From positions 66,798-130,797 of the forward strand of contig CAVQYZ010000004.1 in NCBI GenBank assembly GCA_963718405.1: a stretch of DNA of 64,000 bases, in the 5' to 3' direction. A program made the translations under genes and the position numbers. The notes under the pieces were generated by a model, which saw nothing but the letters and a program-made list of their open reading frames with translations, was not told the origin of the DNA and did no database searches. Source of the stretch: an uncultured Acidimicrobiaceae bacterium. GTDB lineage: Bacteria; Actinomycetota; Acidimicrobiia; Acidimicrobiales; RAAP-2. This document shows positions 1 through 11,699 of the stretch, in pieces. How positions within the stretch are numbered: position 1 is the stretch's first letter; the number at the start of each line of letters is the position of its first letter.

Positions 1-86
1 TCGGAGCCGGGTGTCGACGGTGGCCCGACGACGTTTTCCCAGCTCGGGGCCGATGATCAGCCGACTTCCGGCCCGCCGGCGGTGGA

Positions 87-1765
87 TCAGTGGCTCAGCC
101 AGATCTGGGTGGGCCAGATGGCCCCGGTGATCATCCCGAAGGCCGGCTGGTTCGCCGGGGTGGTCGGGTTGTTCCAGTTCTGCACCTGGGGCTGGGCGCC
201 GATCGACCACACCGAGCGGGCCGTCCACACATAGGGGATGTCCGAGCCCATGAGCCGGCCGACCTCCTGGTACGCCGCGGCCTGGTCCGAGGCCGAGGCC
301 GACTGGCGTCCCTTCAGCAGGGCCTCCTCCATCCGGGGATCGGTGTTGCGGGCCATGTTGGCGGCGAAGCCCGGTTGCGAAGCGTTGAGAGGGCTCCAGA
401 AGATGTAGTTGAGATCGGGGTGGACCGCCCCGAACTGCCGCCACACCTGCGCCTCGAAGGTGCCGAGCACGGCGATGCTGATGAGCTGGGCCTGCTGGAT
501 CGACTGCAGGGTGACCTGCATCCCGGCGCTCTGCAGCTGCTGTTGGAAGTACTCGGCGTCGCGGGTGGCGCCGGGGTCGGGCGTGTGGTCGAGGGTGACC
601 ACCACCGCCCGGCCGGTGTCGCGCCGCACTTCATCGATCAGCTGCTTGGCCCGGGCCAGGTCGGGTGAGGGGTACCCGGTCGGGGCGAAATAGGGCGAAC
701 CCTCTACGAAGGGGCCGCTGCTGGGCGGACAGATGCCGTCTTCGATGTCCTTCGAGTACTGGGCCGAACTGACCGCCAGGGCCGTGGCCTGGCGGACCTT
801 GAGGTTGTCGAACGGGGGCTTGGACAGAATTGAGGAGGAGGCAGAGCATGTCCGGTTCGCCGGCCACGTGGACCGAGTCGTCGGTGTAGCCGAGCGAGGT
901 GTCGGCCCGGAGACTCTTGGTCACCTGGGAGAAGGAGGTGTGGATCATGTCCACTCCACCCGATTCCAGGGTGTTCAGCAGCTGCTCGCTGTCCGGGATG
1001 GGCCGGAAGGTGATGCTGTCGAGGTAGGGGAGGTTGGGCCTCCAGTAGTGCGGGTTCCGGGTGGCGGTGAAGTGGTCGTTGGGATTCCACACCTCGAACA
1101 CGAAGGGGCCGGTGCCGATGGGGTTGGTCTGGTTGCCCGACTTCAGCCAGGTGGGCTCGGCGATGAAGGCGATCTGGCCGCCGATGCCACCGGCCAGGTA
1201 GTAGTCGAAGGGGACCCACGGTGACTTCATGGTGACGGTGACCACCAACGGCGCGGGCACCGAGACATCGGTGATGGTGGTGAACGCCGTTCCGGTCAGG
1301 CCGGAGGACTGCTGGAGGGCGAAGTTCTCGGCCACCGCGGCGCCGTCGCACGGGGTGCCGTTGTGGAAGACCAGGTTGGGCCGCATGGTGATGGTCCACA
1401 CGGTGTAGTCGGGGTTGGCGGTGATCGACTGGGCCAGATAGGGCTGGACCCGCCCGTCGGCGTCGATGATGGCCAGGGGGTCGAAGACCGTCCGGGCGTA
1501 CAGGATCCCGGCGGTGTCGAAGGTTCCCTGGGTGGTGCTGAACCCCTTCTCCTCCGCCTCGGTGCCGAAGATGAGCTGTCCGCCCTCGGATGGGGGTGGC
1601 AGTGGTGATGCCGTTCGGATGGCCAGTGGTGCCGGCGGCCGATGTGGAGCCCGATCCCGAGCTGCACGCCTCCAGGGCGCCCCCGGACAGACCGACGGCG
1701 GCGATCCCGACCCCACCGGCGACACCTCTGGCCAGGAAGGAGCGTCGGTCGATCCGGTCAGCCAT
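87..1765 (-). pseudogene. ABC transporter substrate-binding protein, family 5 (peptide/nickel type), Tat signal + lipobox; frame broken twice
   Basis: Three minus-strand ORF pieces read as one protein. Frame A holds MADRIDRRSFLARGVAGG (twin-arginine) and LEACSSGS (lipobox). Frame B holds GGQLIFGTEAEEKGF...PFVFEVWNPNDHFTATRNPHYW. Frame C holds ILSKPPFDNLKVRQA...DPRMEEALLKGR. Frame switches lie near 1595 and 828. Confidence 0.75.
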
Positions 1766-1897
1766 CTCGTAACCATTAGTAGTGGTCCGCACCACCTTTA
1801 TGGCGGATCAGGGGTGCCACCGGGCCGGAGGTCGACCACCGCGGGCAGACTGTTCGGGCCGCCCACCGGCGCCACGGCGGAGAGTAGGAGACGTCCC

Positions 1898-2395
1898 ATG
1901 CCCAAGCGAAGTGCCGGACTTCTTCCCTTCCGCACCACGCCGGAGGGTGCGTTGGAGCTCTTCGTGGTCCACCCCGGGGGTCCTTTCTGGTCGAAGAGGG
2001 AAGAGGGCGCCTGGTCCGTGGCCAAGGGGGAGTACGGCGAAGGGGAGGGAGCGTCGGCGGCCGCCGAGCGGGAGTTCGCCGAGGAGGTCGGGGTGCCGGG
2101 CCCGCCCGGCCCCCGGATCGACCTGGGGGAGGTGGCTCAAGCCAACGGCAAGCTGGTCCGGGCCTGGGCGGTGGAAGCTCCGCACTTCCTCGTCGACCAG
2201 GTGGTCAGCAACCAGTTCGAGATGGAGTGGCCCCCGAAGTCCGGCCGGACCCAGCTCTTTCCGGAGGTGGACCGGGCGGAATGGATCCCGGTCGAGACGG
2301 CCCGGGTCAAGCTGATCAAGGCCCAGGTGGCCTTCGTCGACCGGCTGATCTCGTACCTCGGGGATCGGGCCGCGCCATCCGACCAGGGTCTCTGA
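1898..2395 (+). CDS. NUDIX hydrolase
   Basis: ATG at 1898 inside ORF 1466-2395. Complete Nudix box GEYGEGE-GASAAAE-REFAEEVGV (Gx5Ex7REUxEExGU). Confidence 0.8.
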   Translation: MPKRSAGLLPFRTTPEGALELFVVHPGGPFWSKREEGAWSVAKGEYGEGEGASAAAEREFAEEVGVPGPPGPRIDLGEVAQANGKLVRAWAVEAPHFLVDQVVSNQFEMEWPPKSGRTQLFPEVDRAEWIPVETARVKLIKAQVAFVDRLISYLGDRAAPSDQGL

Positions 2396-2418
2396 TCGAC
2401 CCCACGAGGCCCAGGTTC

Positions 2419-2964
2419 CTATGCGTCCGAACCGAAGATGGGGAACGGCCCGAACTCGGTCTCTTCGGCCAGTCCGATCCGCATGCCCGTCATGTAGGCA
2501 AAGGTCTTGAGGTTCTTGGCCTTGTCGCCGAAGCCGCTCCATAGAGGGCCGCTCTGGTCATAGAGATGGCCGTGCTCTTTGGCGTGGGCGGCGACCCGGC
2601 GGCAGCGCAGCACTTGGGCCAGGTCCTCGTCGGAGTAGGCGTGCCCCTTGGTCATGATGCGCGACATGTTGGTCTGCGTCGGCTTCGGTATGGGGTTGCC
2701 GTCCAGGCGGGGATGGCCGGTCCAGAAGAGAAAGCGCACCACCTGGTAGCCGGCCACGGTGGTCTCGAGGATCTCTCGTTTGGCCCGGGCCCGCTCGGAT
2801 CTCTGGACGGCCTTGATGCGCCGGTCCCCCTCCAGGATCTGCTTGGCGAGAACCTCGGCGGCATTGGCCGCGGCGCCGTCGATGGCCGGCGGCTCCTCGA
2901 AGGCCGGGGCCGGTCCGTCCCACTCGGTGGCCAGCTGCTTGAGCGCCTCAACATCGGGATTCAT
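2419..2964 (-). CDS. hypothetical protein (no family recognised)
   Basis: Intact 181-aa ORF with a protein-like, non-repetitive sequence that fills the gap between flanking genes. I cannot assign a domain by eye. Confidence 0.5.
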   Translation of the reverse strand: MNPDVEALKQLATEWDGPAPAFEEPPAIDGAAANAAEVLAKQILEGDRRIKAVQRSERARAKREILETTVAGYQVVRFLFWTGHPRLDGNPIPKPTQTNMSRIMTKGHAYSDEDLAQVLRCRRVAAHAKEHGHLYDQSGPLWSGFGDKAKNLKTFAYMTGMRIGLAEETEFGPFPIFGSDA

Positions 2965-3117
2965 GGGGAGATTCTCCGCCGAGTGCGACCCAGCGGCAAC
3001 CGGGCGGGCCGCGGCCCGCCGGCGGATGACTTTTCGACCGGCAAGGGATAGGGTCGGCGCGGGTGGGGCGGTGTCTGATGCTCGTTCAGATCCTTCGAGT
3101 GCGGGGACGGTGCGACG

Positions 3118-4296
3118 GTGTCCACAAAGCGTGCGGGAAGAGTTGTCTGGACGATCGCCGGCGTGGTCGCTGCGGCGGCGTTGATCGGGCTGAGCGTGGG
3201 TTCGGCACCGAGCGGAGCAACGAGTGGGACAACGTCACTCCCCACGGCGTATGTCACCAACGCCCAGCTGACCACGGTGTCGGTCTTCGCCGGTTCCGAG
3301 TTTTCCGGGACGGTGGCGAACGTGGGGTCGGGACCGACCGGGATCGCCATCGACTCCCAGGACAACACGGCCTACGTCGCCGACTACGGCTTTCTCAACC
3401 AACCGGACACCACCGTCACGCCGATCGACCTGACCACCCAGACCGCGGGGAAGCCCATCACCGTCGGATCGGGCCCGCTGGCCATTGCCATCAGGCCCGG
3501 AGGCCACTTTGCCGTGGTGACCCTGCAGGGGTCGGCCCAACACCCCGGCCATCAGGTCCGCGAGATCAACCTGACGACGCGGGCCGTGTCGGCGCCGGTC
3601 GACGTGGGAGTGAATCCTGAGTCCTTGGCCATCGCCCCCAATGGGCTGACGGCCTACGTCGCCGACTTCAGCTCCGCCGAGGTGACCCCGGTGAACCTCA
3701 CTTCGTGGCCGCCCACGGCCGAGGCCCCCATCAAGCTGAAAGGAACGTCGCCGCGGGCCATCGCCATCACACCCCGCGGAGGACATGCCTACGTGCTCGA
3801 CGCGGCACACGCCACCATCATTCCCATCATTCTCCCGAGTGGCAAGGTCGGCACCCCGGTCGATCTGGTCTGCCAAGCGGAAGGGGACCCGGGCTGCACA
3901 CCCAGCGCTCTCACGATCTCACCCGATGGCCGCACGGCGTACATCGCCGCCGCCGGGTCCGGTGACGTCGTGATGCTCGGTCTTCCGTCACTGGCGGTGG
4001 TCGGTGTGGTGGAGACCGGCGCCTATCCGGACGCCTTGGGCCTGAGTGGCCAGTGGCTCTATGTGGCGAACGGGGAGTCCAACACCATCTCCGCCTTCTC
4101 GGGTCTGGGGTCACCCCGGACCATCGGTGACGTGACCTATCCCTTCGGGGTGGCGGTGGTGCCTGGGAGCGGAAGCTCGTCTCAGACAGCGGGGACCGCT
4201 CGACCTTCCCCGGAGGAGTCGGTGCGGCCCCTTGGGGCCTCGGGGGCTGCGGCGGAGGCGCATGTGGCGCCCTTCTACGGCTTGCCTCGGGCCTGA
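3118..4296 (+). CDS. secreted YVTN-family beta-propeller repeat protein
   Basis: N-terminal hydrophobic anchor (VVWTIAGVVAAAALIGL). Repeated blades of the type G.P.AIAI.P.G..AYVA (TAYVADYG, LAIAPNGLTAYVADF, AIAITPRGGHAYVLD, LTISPDGRTAYIAA). Confidence 0.75.
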   Translation: MSTKRAGRVVWTIAGVVAAAALIGLSVGSAPSGATSGTTSLPTAYVTNAQLTTVSVFAGSEFSGTVANVGSGPTGIAIDSQDNTAYVADYGFLNQPDTTVTPIDLTTQTAGKPITVGSGPLAIAIRPGGHFAVVTLQGSAQHPGHQVREINLTTRAVSAPVDVGVNPESLAIAPNGLTAYVADFSSAEVTPVNLTSWPPTAEAPIKLKGTSPRAIAITPRGGHAYVLDAAHATIIPIILPSGKVGTPVDLVCQAEGDPGCTPSALTISPDGRTAYIAAAGSGDVVMLGLPSLAVVGVVETGAYPDALGLSGQWLYVANGESNTISAFSGLGSPRTIGDVTYPFGVAVVPGSGSSSQTAGTARPSPEESVRPLGASGAAAEAHVAPFYGLPRA

Positions 4297-4303
4297 CCGA
4301 CGA

Positions 4304-6073
4304 TCAATTCGTCGAGAAGGTCGGCGGCCCGGCGTGCGCCGAGTGGGCCCGGGCCAGTACCGCTCCGTAGTCGTCGAGACGGGCGGGCTTGGTGAGGAAG
4401 TCATCCATCCCGGCCTCGGTACAGGCCTGGTGGTCCTCGATGAGGACGCTGGCCGTGAGGCCCACGATGTAGGGCTGGCCGTGGGGAGGGTGGCCGCCGC
4501 GGATGGTGGTGGTTGCCGTCAATCCGTCCATGACCGGCATCTGGACGTCCATGAACACCGCGTCGTAGGGGGCCAGGGACACCGCGTCGACGGCCTCGAG
4601 GCCGTTGCCCACCACGTCGACCAGGTGTCCGAGTTTCTCGAGAAGCAGCCGACCCACCCGTTGATTGACGATGTTGTCTTCGACCAGCAGGACCCGCATC
4701 GGCTCGGCTGACTCAGCTCCCCCGCCTCTCGGTGTGAGCCGACGCTCGACCGGTACCTCTGACGCCAGAGCATCGGCCATGGCCTCCTTGAGGCGGGCCG
4801 ACCTGAGGGGCTTCGACAGAATGGCAAAGAACAGCTCGGGCTGTTCGATTTGGGTGCGGTCCACGCGGCCGCTCAGCAGGATGATGGGGATGTGGCTCGT
4901 TGCCACGCCGGCCCGGAGCCTCTGGGCCAGCTCCTCGCCGGTCATGCCCGGCATCACCATGTCCATCATCACCACGTCGAAGTGCGCCCCTGACTCGATG
5001 AGTTCGGACGCCGCAGCGCTGTTCGGCGCGTCGGTCACCCTCATTCCCCAACCTTCCAGCTGGAGCCGCACGACCCGACGGTTGGTCGCACTGTCGTCGA
5101 CGATGAGGGCCGAGTGACCGGCCAGGGTGGCCCCGGGGTCCGGTCCGGTCTCCCCGGTCTCCCGAGCGGGAGCGAGCCCGATGGAGAATCTGAAGGTGCT
5201 GCCCTGACCCATGGTGCTCTCGACCGTCAGGGCGCCGCCCATGGCCTCGACCAGCTGCTTGCTGATGGCCAGCCCCAAGCCGGTGCCCCCGTACAGGCGG
5301 GTGGTCGACCGGTCGACCTGGCTGAATGAATCGAACAGGCTGCTCAGGCGATCGGCGGGGATCCCGATGCCGGTATCGGCCACCGAAAAGCGCAGGACCC
5401 CCTCACTCTCGTCCTGACCGATCGGCTCGACCGTCAACAGCACATGACCCCGGTCGGTGAACTTGACGGCATTGCCGAGCAGATTGACCAACACCTGGCG
5501 CAGACGGGTGACATCACCGGTCACGTTCGTCGGGCATCGGCTATCCAGCTCACCGATCAGCTCAATACCTTTGTTGTTGACTGCCGTGGCCACATCGAGA
5601 GCGTCTTCGACACACTCCCGGAGATTGAACACCTGGTTCTCCAGCTCCAGGCCACCGGCTTCGATCTTGGAGAAGTCCAGGACGTCGTTGATGATGCTGA
5701 GCAGGGCATCCCCGCTGTTGCGGACGGTTTCGACGAACTCCTGCTGGACGGCATCGAGGGACGTTCCCAATAGCAGTCCGGTCATCCCGATCACAGCGTT
5801 CATCGGTGTCCGGATCTCGTGGCTCATCATGGCCAGGAACGCCGACTTCTCCGCCGTGGCCTGAAGGGCCACGTCCCGCGCCGCCTCCAGGTCACGTCGG
5901 GCCGCCAACACCGCATTTCGGTCCGCCAGCACCCGGCCCATCAGGAGCAGCGCCAGCAAGCCCACCAAGGCGAAGACCGAGAGGAGCAGCCAGGGGATCC
6001 AATCTCCCCGCAGGGGCTGATAGAGCAAGGCCTCGGGGATGGTGGCCACCAGGGTCCACGGGGTGCCGATCAC
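4304..6073 (-). CDS. hybrid sensor histidine kinase core (TM - HisKA - HATPase_c - REC - REC)
   Basis: H-box [16 protein letters not shown] boxes [24 protein letters not shown]. Two receiver domains with phospho-acceptor contexts [11 protein letters not shown] and [13 protein letters not shown]. Confidence 0.9.
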   Translation of the reverse strand: MIGTPWTLVATIPEALLYQPLRGDWIPWLLLSVFALVGLLALLLMGRVLADRNAVLAARRDLEAARDVALQATAEKSAFLAMMSHEIRTPMNAVIGMTGLLLGTSLDAVQQEFVETVRNSGDALLSIINDVLDFSKIEAGGLELENQVFNLRECVEDALDVATAVNNKGIELIGELDSRCPTNVTGDVTRLRQVLVNLLGNAVKFTDRGHVLLTVEPIGQDESEGVLRFSVADTGIGIPADRLSSLFDSFSQVDRSTTRLYGGTGLGLAISKQLVEAMGGALTVESTMGQGSTFRFSIGLAPARETGETGPDPGATLAGHSALIVDDSATNRRVVRLQLEGWGMRVTDAPNSAAASELIESGAHFDVVMMDMVMPGMTGEELAQRLRAGVATSHIPIILLSGRVDRTQIEQPELFFAILSKPLRSARLKEAMADALASEVPVERRLTPRGGGAESAEPMRVLLVEDNIVNQRVGRLLLEKLGHLVDVVGNGLEAVDAVSLAPYDAVFMDVQMPVMDGLTATTTIRGGHPPHGQPYIVGLTASVLIEDHQACTEAGMDDFLTKPARLDDYGAVLARAHSAHAGPPTFSTN

Positions 6074-6873
6074 CCGGGCCGAGGCGTAGTACTGCTCGGA
6101 TCCCGCCGCTCGGTAGGGACCCGATGGACCCCTGCTTCATGGCTGAGGCCAGTGCCGGATCCATGCCCTTGAGGGCGATGGAGGGACCAGGTCCCGAGGT
6201 GGCCACCAGCGAACCGACGGAGTCGGTCACATAGACCGCGGCCGTCGGGTGCGGAAAGGCACTGGCCAGGTAGGCACTCAGCGGGCTGTCCTGAACGTCG
6301 AACCCGGCGCTGAACACCGTCGGATCCTTCGATGACAGGCGCCGGAATGGCCACGGCCACGATCGGACGTCCGTTTCACCGCCGAGAGCACGACATTGGA
6401 CACGCCGATCCGCCCGTCGTGCGCCTGGCGGAGATGGGCGTATCGACTGGTCATCAGCGTCCCGATCAGGGCAGGGTCGGCGGGATAGGCCCGGATCAGC
6501 TGGCCCTGTCCGTTGAGGAACACCGCGGCCGGAGTGGACAGGGACGCCGCGGCCAGGGCCATAGTCGGCGGCCGAGGGGTCCGGGCCGGCCAGGTCCTGG
6601 GCTTCCACCAGTCGTTCGTGGGTGGCCAGCTGGTTCACATAGGTGGTGACCAAGGCGGCCCCGGACGTGACCTTGGTCCCGTACCGATTGTTCGATGAGC
6701 GCCCGCGCTGACGACTGCGAGGCGAAGAGCGTCACTCCTGAGGCGGCCAGTACGGCCACCAGCACGAAGACGGCGATGACCCCGGGGCCCGAGACCAGGG
6801 CCCGGGCAGCGGACCGGACACTCAGGTCATCGGCCGGAGGAGGTGGCGGCACGCTCCGACGTTGACGAGCCAC
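6074..6873 (-). pseudogene. N-terminal TM + extracytoplasmic sensor (Cache-like) part of the same kinase, scattered over several frames
   Basis: MARQRR...VIAVFVLVAVLAASGV (TM) in one frame. TTYVNQLATHERLVEAQDL, AVFLNGQGQLIRAYPADPALIGT and KDPTVFSAGFDVQDSPLSAYLASAF...AVYVTDSVGSLVAT lie in other frames. Together they give a continuous sensor domain only if at least 4 frame changes are allowed. Confidence 0.55.
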
Positions 6874-7160
6874 TACCAGCAGCTCGTGTTCATGGATACG
6901 TATCGGCCGAAGGGGCCACCAACTGAAGCACGAACTTCCCCGGGTCCCAAGTGAGTGGGGCCGGCCGGGGAGTCTCCGAGGGTCGGGCTCGCCTCTGTCC
7001 CTCCCGAACCGGGGGGATAGTGTCGCTGGCCATGGGCGAGGTGTACGTAGCGGAGGACGATCTTGCTCTCCGGTGATCCTGGTGCTCGGTCAGGCTCTCG
7101 GTAGATCAGGGGGTCAGCGGACGATGCGTCCGGTATGGGCCCCCGCTAGGCATCAGGGCG

Positions 7161-7746
7161 ATGACTCCGCCGGCGTCTCTCCGGCCTGGTCCTGACCCCG
7201 GGGGCCGGGGCCGGTCGGGACCAGCCGGCCCTGGTGGCGGTGGACGCCGCGGTGCGTTCGCGGGGTCTGACCGTCGAGCGGATCGAGTTCCCCGGGCGGA
7301 CGGCGGGGCGGCGGCGACCGGACCCGCCCGAGGTCTGTATGGCCTCGGTCCGAACGGCCACCACGGGACTGGCCGAACGGCTCGGCGTGCCCACGTCCGC
7401 CGTCGCCGTGGGGGGCCGGTCGATGGGGGGCCGGATGTGTTCGATGGCCGCCGCCGAGGGGCTGGAGGTGGCAGCCCTGGTCCTCATCAGCTACCCGCTC
7501 CACCCGGCCGGAAAGCCCGAGCGACTCCGGACCGCCCACTTCCCCGCACTCCACGTGCCCTGCCTGTTCGTCAGCGGGCGCCGGGACGCCCTGGGCGCGC
7601 CCGACGAGATCGAACGCCGGACCGCCGCCATCCCCGGCCCGGTCACGCTGGTCTTTGTGGATGGGGACCACTCCCTCCGACGGCGTGACGCCGACGTTGC
7701 CGACATCGTGGCTGACTGGCTGGCCGATCTCAGGGACACCGACTGA
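7161..7746 (+). CDS. alpha/beta hydrolase (dienelactone-hydrolase / KANL3-like); probable frameshift near the 5' end
   Basis: ORF 7234-7746 has the nucleophile elbow GGRSMGG and a C-terminal GDHSL. The in-frame upstream stretch GLVLTPGAGAGRDQPALVAVD has no ATG. The ATG at 7161 is in another frame (switch around 7175-7185). Confidence 0.65.
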
Positions 7747-7792
7747 CCATGTCCCGCCGAGTCCATGAGCCCCCCGGCCCGGGGCAGACCGC

Positions 7793-8938
7793 TCAGGTTT
7801 CGATGTTGAAGGCGGCGTAGTACGGCGCGAAGCGCTCCCTGATCTGATCGGGCTCCAGTCCGAAGTCAGAGAGCTGATAGGTGTGTGAGCCCTGTGCGCC
7901 CGGCTCGTGGGTGCCGGCCCACTGGCTCACGGCGGCCCGGGAGTGCTGGTCGAAAGGAAGACCGATCTGGGCCAGGCCCTTTTCCAAGGCGGCCACGGGA
8001 TCGGTCTGGAGCTCGGCGAAGGAGATGTCGGCGAACCGGTCGGCGCCCGTCCGTTCCCGGAACTCCATGGCCCGCTGGACGGCGATCCACCACCGGTCGA
8101 GCTCCTCAGCACCCAGTTCGAAGGAGTCGTCCCGGTCGCTGCTCCAGCTGCGGGTGTAGTGGATGAGGCTGCAGACCGAGCCCAGGACCTTGGTGGGATC
8201 GCGGTGACTCCAGAGGAAGCGGGCATTGGGGTAGGCCTTGACCAGGTCATCGAGGGCGAACATGTGTACCGGCGTCTTCAGGTGCCACAGGGTGGGTGGG
8301 CAGTGCCACTGGAGCAGGCGGAGCACCCGTCGGTGGTAGCGGTAGGTCTCCTCCATGTCGGTGTCGATGACCCACTGGAGGTAGGACGGCACCCGGGCGA
8401 AGCCGTCGAAGTGGACGGTGCGGAAACTCATGCCCATGAGGTCCTGGCATTCGGTGGCGGACGTGGCTTCGGTGTTGTGCATGGTCTGCATGAGCGGGAA
8501 GGCCTCGTTCATCATGGCGATCCCCTCCTCGGTGGCGGCAATCCGGGGATCGGTGTGCTCGGTGGCCTTCTCCGGTGGAGGCACCGGCGAGCCCGACTCC
8601 CAGGTCCGCAGGGACCGGAACTGGGGGTCGGCCGCCACCAGCTGGCTCAGGGCGGTGGTGCCGGTCCGGGGCAGCCCGATGACGAACACCGGGCCCTCGA
8701 TGACCTCGTCCTCTATCTCGGGATGGAGTCGGTAGGTCTCCTCGACCCCCAGCCGGGCCGCCAACAGCATGCTCAGGCGCATCTGCTGCATGGCCTGGCC
8801 CAGTTCGGTCAGCCCGCCCTCCTCATTCATCGACGTGACCAGCCGTTCGAGCCCCTGGCGGTAGTAGTCACCGCCGGTGTCGTCCACTCCGGCCTGGGCC
8901 CGGGCGTCCTTCTCGATCTCGTCCACGTCGAGACTCAT
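7793..8938 (-). CDS. sulfotransferase family protein
   Basis: PAPS 5'-phosphosulfate loop VFVIGLPRTGTTALSQL. Full-length intact 381-aa ORF. Confidence 0.8.
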   Translation of the reverse strand: MSLDVDEIEKDARAQAGVDDTGGDYYRQGLERLVTSMNEEGGLTELGQAMQQMRLSMLLAARLGVEETYRLHPEIEDEVIEGPVFVIGLPRTGTTALSQLVAADPQFRSLRTWESGSPVPPPEKATEHTDPRIAATEEGIAMMNEAFPLMQTMHNTEATSATECQDLMGMSFRTVHFDGFARVPSYLQWVIDTDMEETYRYHRRVLRLLQWHCPPTLWHLKTPVHMFALDDLVKAYPNARFLWSHRDPTKVLGSVCSLIHYTRSWSSDRDDSFELGAEELDRWWIAVQRAMEFRERTGADRFADISFAELQTDPVAALEKGLAQIGLPFDQHSRAAVSQWAGTHEPGAQGSHTYQLSDFGLEPDQIRERFAPYYAAFNIET

Positions 8939-10162
8939 CGGGCGAACCGCCTGCTCACGGCGTTCTGTCGGATGGCGATGGCTGCGGCCCGTTCGCTCGG
9001 CGACAACCGTCGGGCGTTCGGGGGCAACTGGTCATCGAGTTGGTCGAACCGGACCACCCTGGTGGTCGGGACCGGAGCGGTCTCCGTCCGGACGCAGCGC
9101 AGGATGATCGGCCCCTCGCTGTGCCCGGCGGTGTCGAGCCAGTTGGCCACGCCGGGGTCGTGATGGGCCACCACCACCCGAACCTTGCCGTCATCGTCCA
9201 CCGTGGCCTGGTAACCGTTCAGGCTGGACTGGTGATTGCCGTAGTCGATGGTCTCCCACCAGATGTTGCCCAGCGAGTAGCTCCAGTACAGGCCCTCCGG
9301 CGGATCGACCTCGATGATCAGGGCCTCGTCAGGGGCCAACTTCCACGAGCCGATGACCGGACGGTTTTCGGCCGCGGCCCCCATGGCTGTTCCATCCAGG
9401 GGAGGGAGGAAGGTGTTGGGCGCCTCGGGATTGGAGAAGCCCAGGAAGAAGTGGAGATTCTCCTCCACGAAGTCGCCCAGGGCGACGACCTGACGGGCTA
9501 TGGCCGCCTTCGGCTCCTCCGGGATGTGCTCTTCATCGGGGGGACCCGAGAGCGTCTCGATGGACATGGTCACGGGGACTTCGTGCTCCCAGTCGTAGAA
9601 GAAGTGCCGGACCACCAGCATGGTGGCCCCCTCGTCCAAGGGGAGCCAGTTGCCGTCGTGGCGCTCGGCCGAGAGGATGATCTCGAACTCCCCGTTCGGG
9701 GCCCAGTTCGAACTCGTCGATCAGGGCGTTGGCGGTGGAACCCATGCCGGCCATGACCTGCAGTCCGACGTACCGGGCTGAACCCCGATTGCCCCACAGC
9801 CGGTAGGTGGAGCCACCTCTCAGGGCCGAGCCCACATAGATGCAGTCCGGGCACTCCATGCCCCACTTGTAGGCGGCGTCCATGCCCGAAGGCTTGATCG
9901 CCGGGACGTGGTCCAGCCCCCGCCGGAGCAGCTCGTCGATGCCCACACCCAACAGGACCAGGAGGTGACGGAAGCCCGAGGCCCGGTCTACCGGGTCGTT
10001 GGGGACGGTGTCGGAAAGTACGATCTCACCGGTCTGCCTCAGCTTGTCCAGTAGTTGGTTCCAGGCCGCACCGGAGTCGAGATCCCGGCCGGTGGCATCG
10101 CCGGCGGTGGCGGCCTCGCTCACCGAGAAGGGGAGCCAGGCAGGATTCTTGAACGAGCTCAT
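8935..10162 (-). CDS. DUF1214-like protein; one frameshift near 9695
   Basis: ORFs 9533-10162 and 8935-9639 join as ...LIDEFELGP/NGEFEIILSAERHDGNWLPLDEGATMLVVRHFF. One extra G in GGCCCCGAACGGGG breaks the frame. The start overlaps the sulfotransferase gene end by 4 nt. Confidence 0.55.
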
Positions 10163-10648
10163 GACCGGACGGGCCCTGGTGGCGTAGCCGACATTGAAGG
10201 TCTCCCCGGTCTCGATAGGCGCTGCGGAACAACGGGAATGATGTTTTCACAAATGTCCGGCGGTGCGACGAGTGGACCGGGGGTCGATCCCGACGAGGGG
10301 CCGGAGCCGCCGGGAGGCCAGGACGTGCAGCACCCCCTGCTCTCACATGCGGGTACTCGGTACAACGGCCCGGGCCCGTGGTGCGCCTTGGTCGACCTGT
10401 CAGCTCCGCCTGGGCAAGGCCATGCCCACCACCGGCTGGTTGAGGACGAGCGATCCGGTGGATCCCTAGAAGAGGGCGTCACCAAAAGGAGAAGATGCCC
10501 CGTCACCACCACTACCGTTCCGAGCAGCAAGAGGGCTGAGGCGCTGAGGATTCGCAGTGATCGCATGGCTTCGGTCCGGGCCCTTTGGTGGGTGTTTGGC
10601 ACGGGGCGATGTCCGCTACGGACTCCCGCCCCATACCATCGTCCGGTC

Positions 10649-11629
10649 ATGACCCGCTTCCGCCCAGGTGGCACCGCCACTCGAAAGCAGGCCGGCCCAT
10701 CCTCGTATTCGATCCGCCGGCGGCTGATGATGGCCGGCACCGCTCTGGCCGGCGTCGGGGTGGTGGTGTTGGCCCTCTCGTCCCTGGCCGGGTCCTCCGC
10801 CACGAGTGCCACGGCGTCTGTGGTCCGCTCCTACGTGGCCCTGGGTGATTCCTTCACCGCCGGCCCGGGCATACCGCTCCAACTCGGAGCCGGCACCAGG
10901 CCCACCGCTCCGGCGCCATGCCTGCGTTCCTCGGACAACTACCCGTCCCTTACCGCCCGGGCGCTGGGGCTGCATCTGCGTGACGCCAGCTGTTCGGGCG
11001 CCACGACCCGGGACTTGACGGCACCCCAGGGGCCGGGGATTCCCGCCCAGCTGTCTTCGCTCCACCCGACGACATCGTTGGTCTCCTTGGGGATCGGCGG
11101 AAACGACCTCGGCTTCTCGACCATCGCCGAGAACTGTGTGGCGGTCACGCCCTGGGGTGTCACCCGGGTGGGATGGAGCTGCAAGTCGCACTACACGCCC
11201 GATGGAGTCGATCAACTGGGCCTGGCCGTACAACAGGTCGGGGCCAAGGTGGCCACGGCGCTCCAGGAGATCCGGAGCCGTGCCCCCCACGCCAGGGTGT
11301 TCGTCATCGGCTATCCGGACCTCCTGCCCCCGAGCGGGTCGGGGTGCTGGCCCGTCCTTCCGTTTTCGGCCCGCGACCTCGGGTACCTGCGCGGCGTGGA
11401 GACCCAACTCGACGCCACCCTGGCCCGCGAGGCCTCGGCGGCCCACGACGTCTATGTCGACATGGCCACCCCGAGTGCGTCTCACAGCGCCTGCACGGCG
11501 GCGGACTCCCGCTGGGTGGATCCGCTCCTGGTCTCGTCCGACGGCTACCCCCTGCACCCCAGTGCGGTGGGGATGGCCGGTATGGCCAGGGTTCTGGAAC
11601 GGGCCATCGGATCGGTCGGACCCAACTAG
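10649..11629 (+). CDS. secreted SGNH/GDSL hydrolase (lipase/esterase)
   Basis: Signal-like N-terminus. Block I YVALGDSFTAG, block II CSGATT, block III GIGGNDLGF. C-terminal histidine context PLHPSAVG. Confidence 0.8.
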   Translation: MTRFRPGGTATRKQAGPSSYSIRRRLMMAGTALAGVGVVVLALSSLAGSSATSATASVVRSYVALGDSFTAGPGIPLQLGAGTRPTAPAPCLRSSDNYPSLTARALGLHLRDASCSGATTRDLTAPQGPGIPAQLSSLHPTTSLVSLGIGGNDLGFSTIAENCVAVTPWGVTRVGWSCKSHYTPDGVDQLGLAVQQVGAKVATALQEIRSRAPHARVFVIGYPDLLPPSGSGCWPVLPFSARDLGYLRGVETQLDATLAREASAAHDVYVDMATPSASHSACTAADSRWVDPLLVSSDGYPLHPSAVGMAGMARVLERAIGSVGPN

Positions 11630-11699
11630 GGGCTGACTCCGGGCTCGCTCCAATGACCCGATCGTTGGCGTCGGACCGTGCCTCCGAGGTGGAAGACGG

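Noticed and set aside
10159-10566. 136-aa minus-strand ORF with a signal-like start (MRSLRILSASALLLLGTVVVV) and several Cys, in the 490-bp gap between the DUF1214 and SGNH genes.
   Set aside because: The sequence after the hydrophobic start is low-complexity (P, S, G). Third-position GC is not convincing, a plus-strand ORF overlaps it, and I recognise no homology. It could be a real small secreted protein, but support is insufficient.
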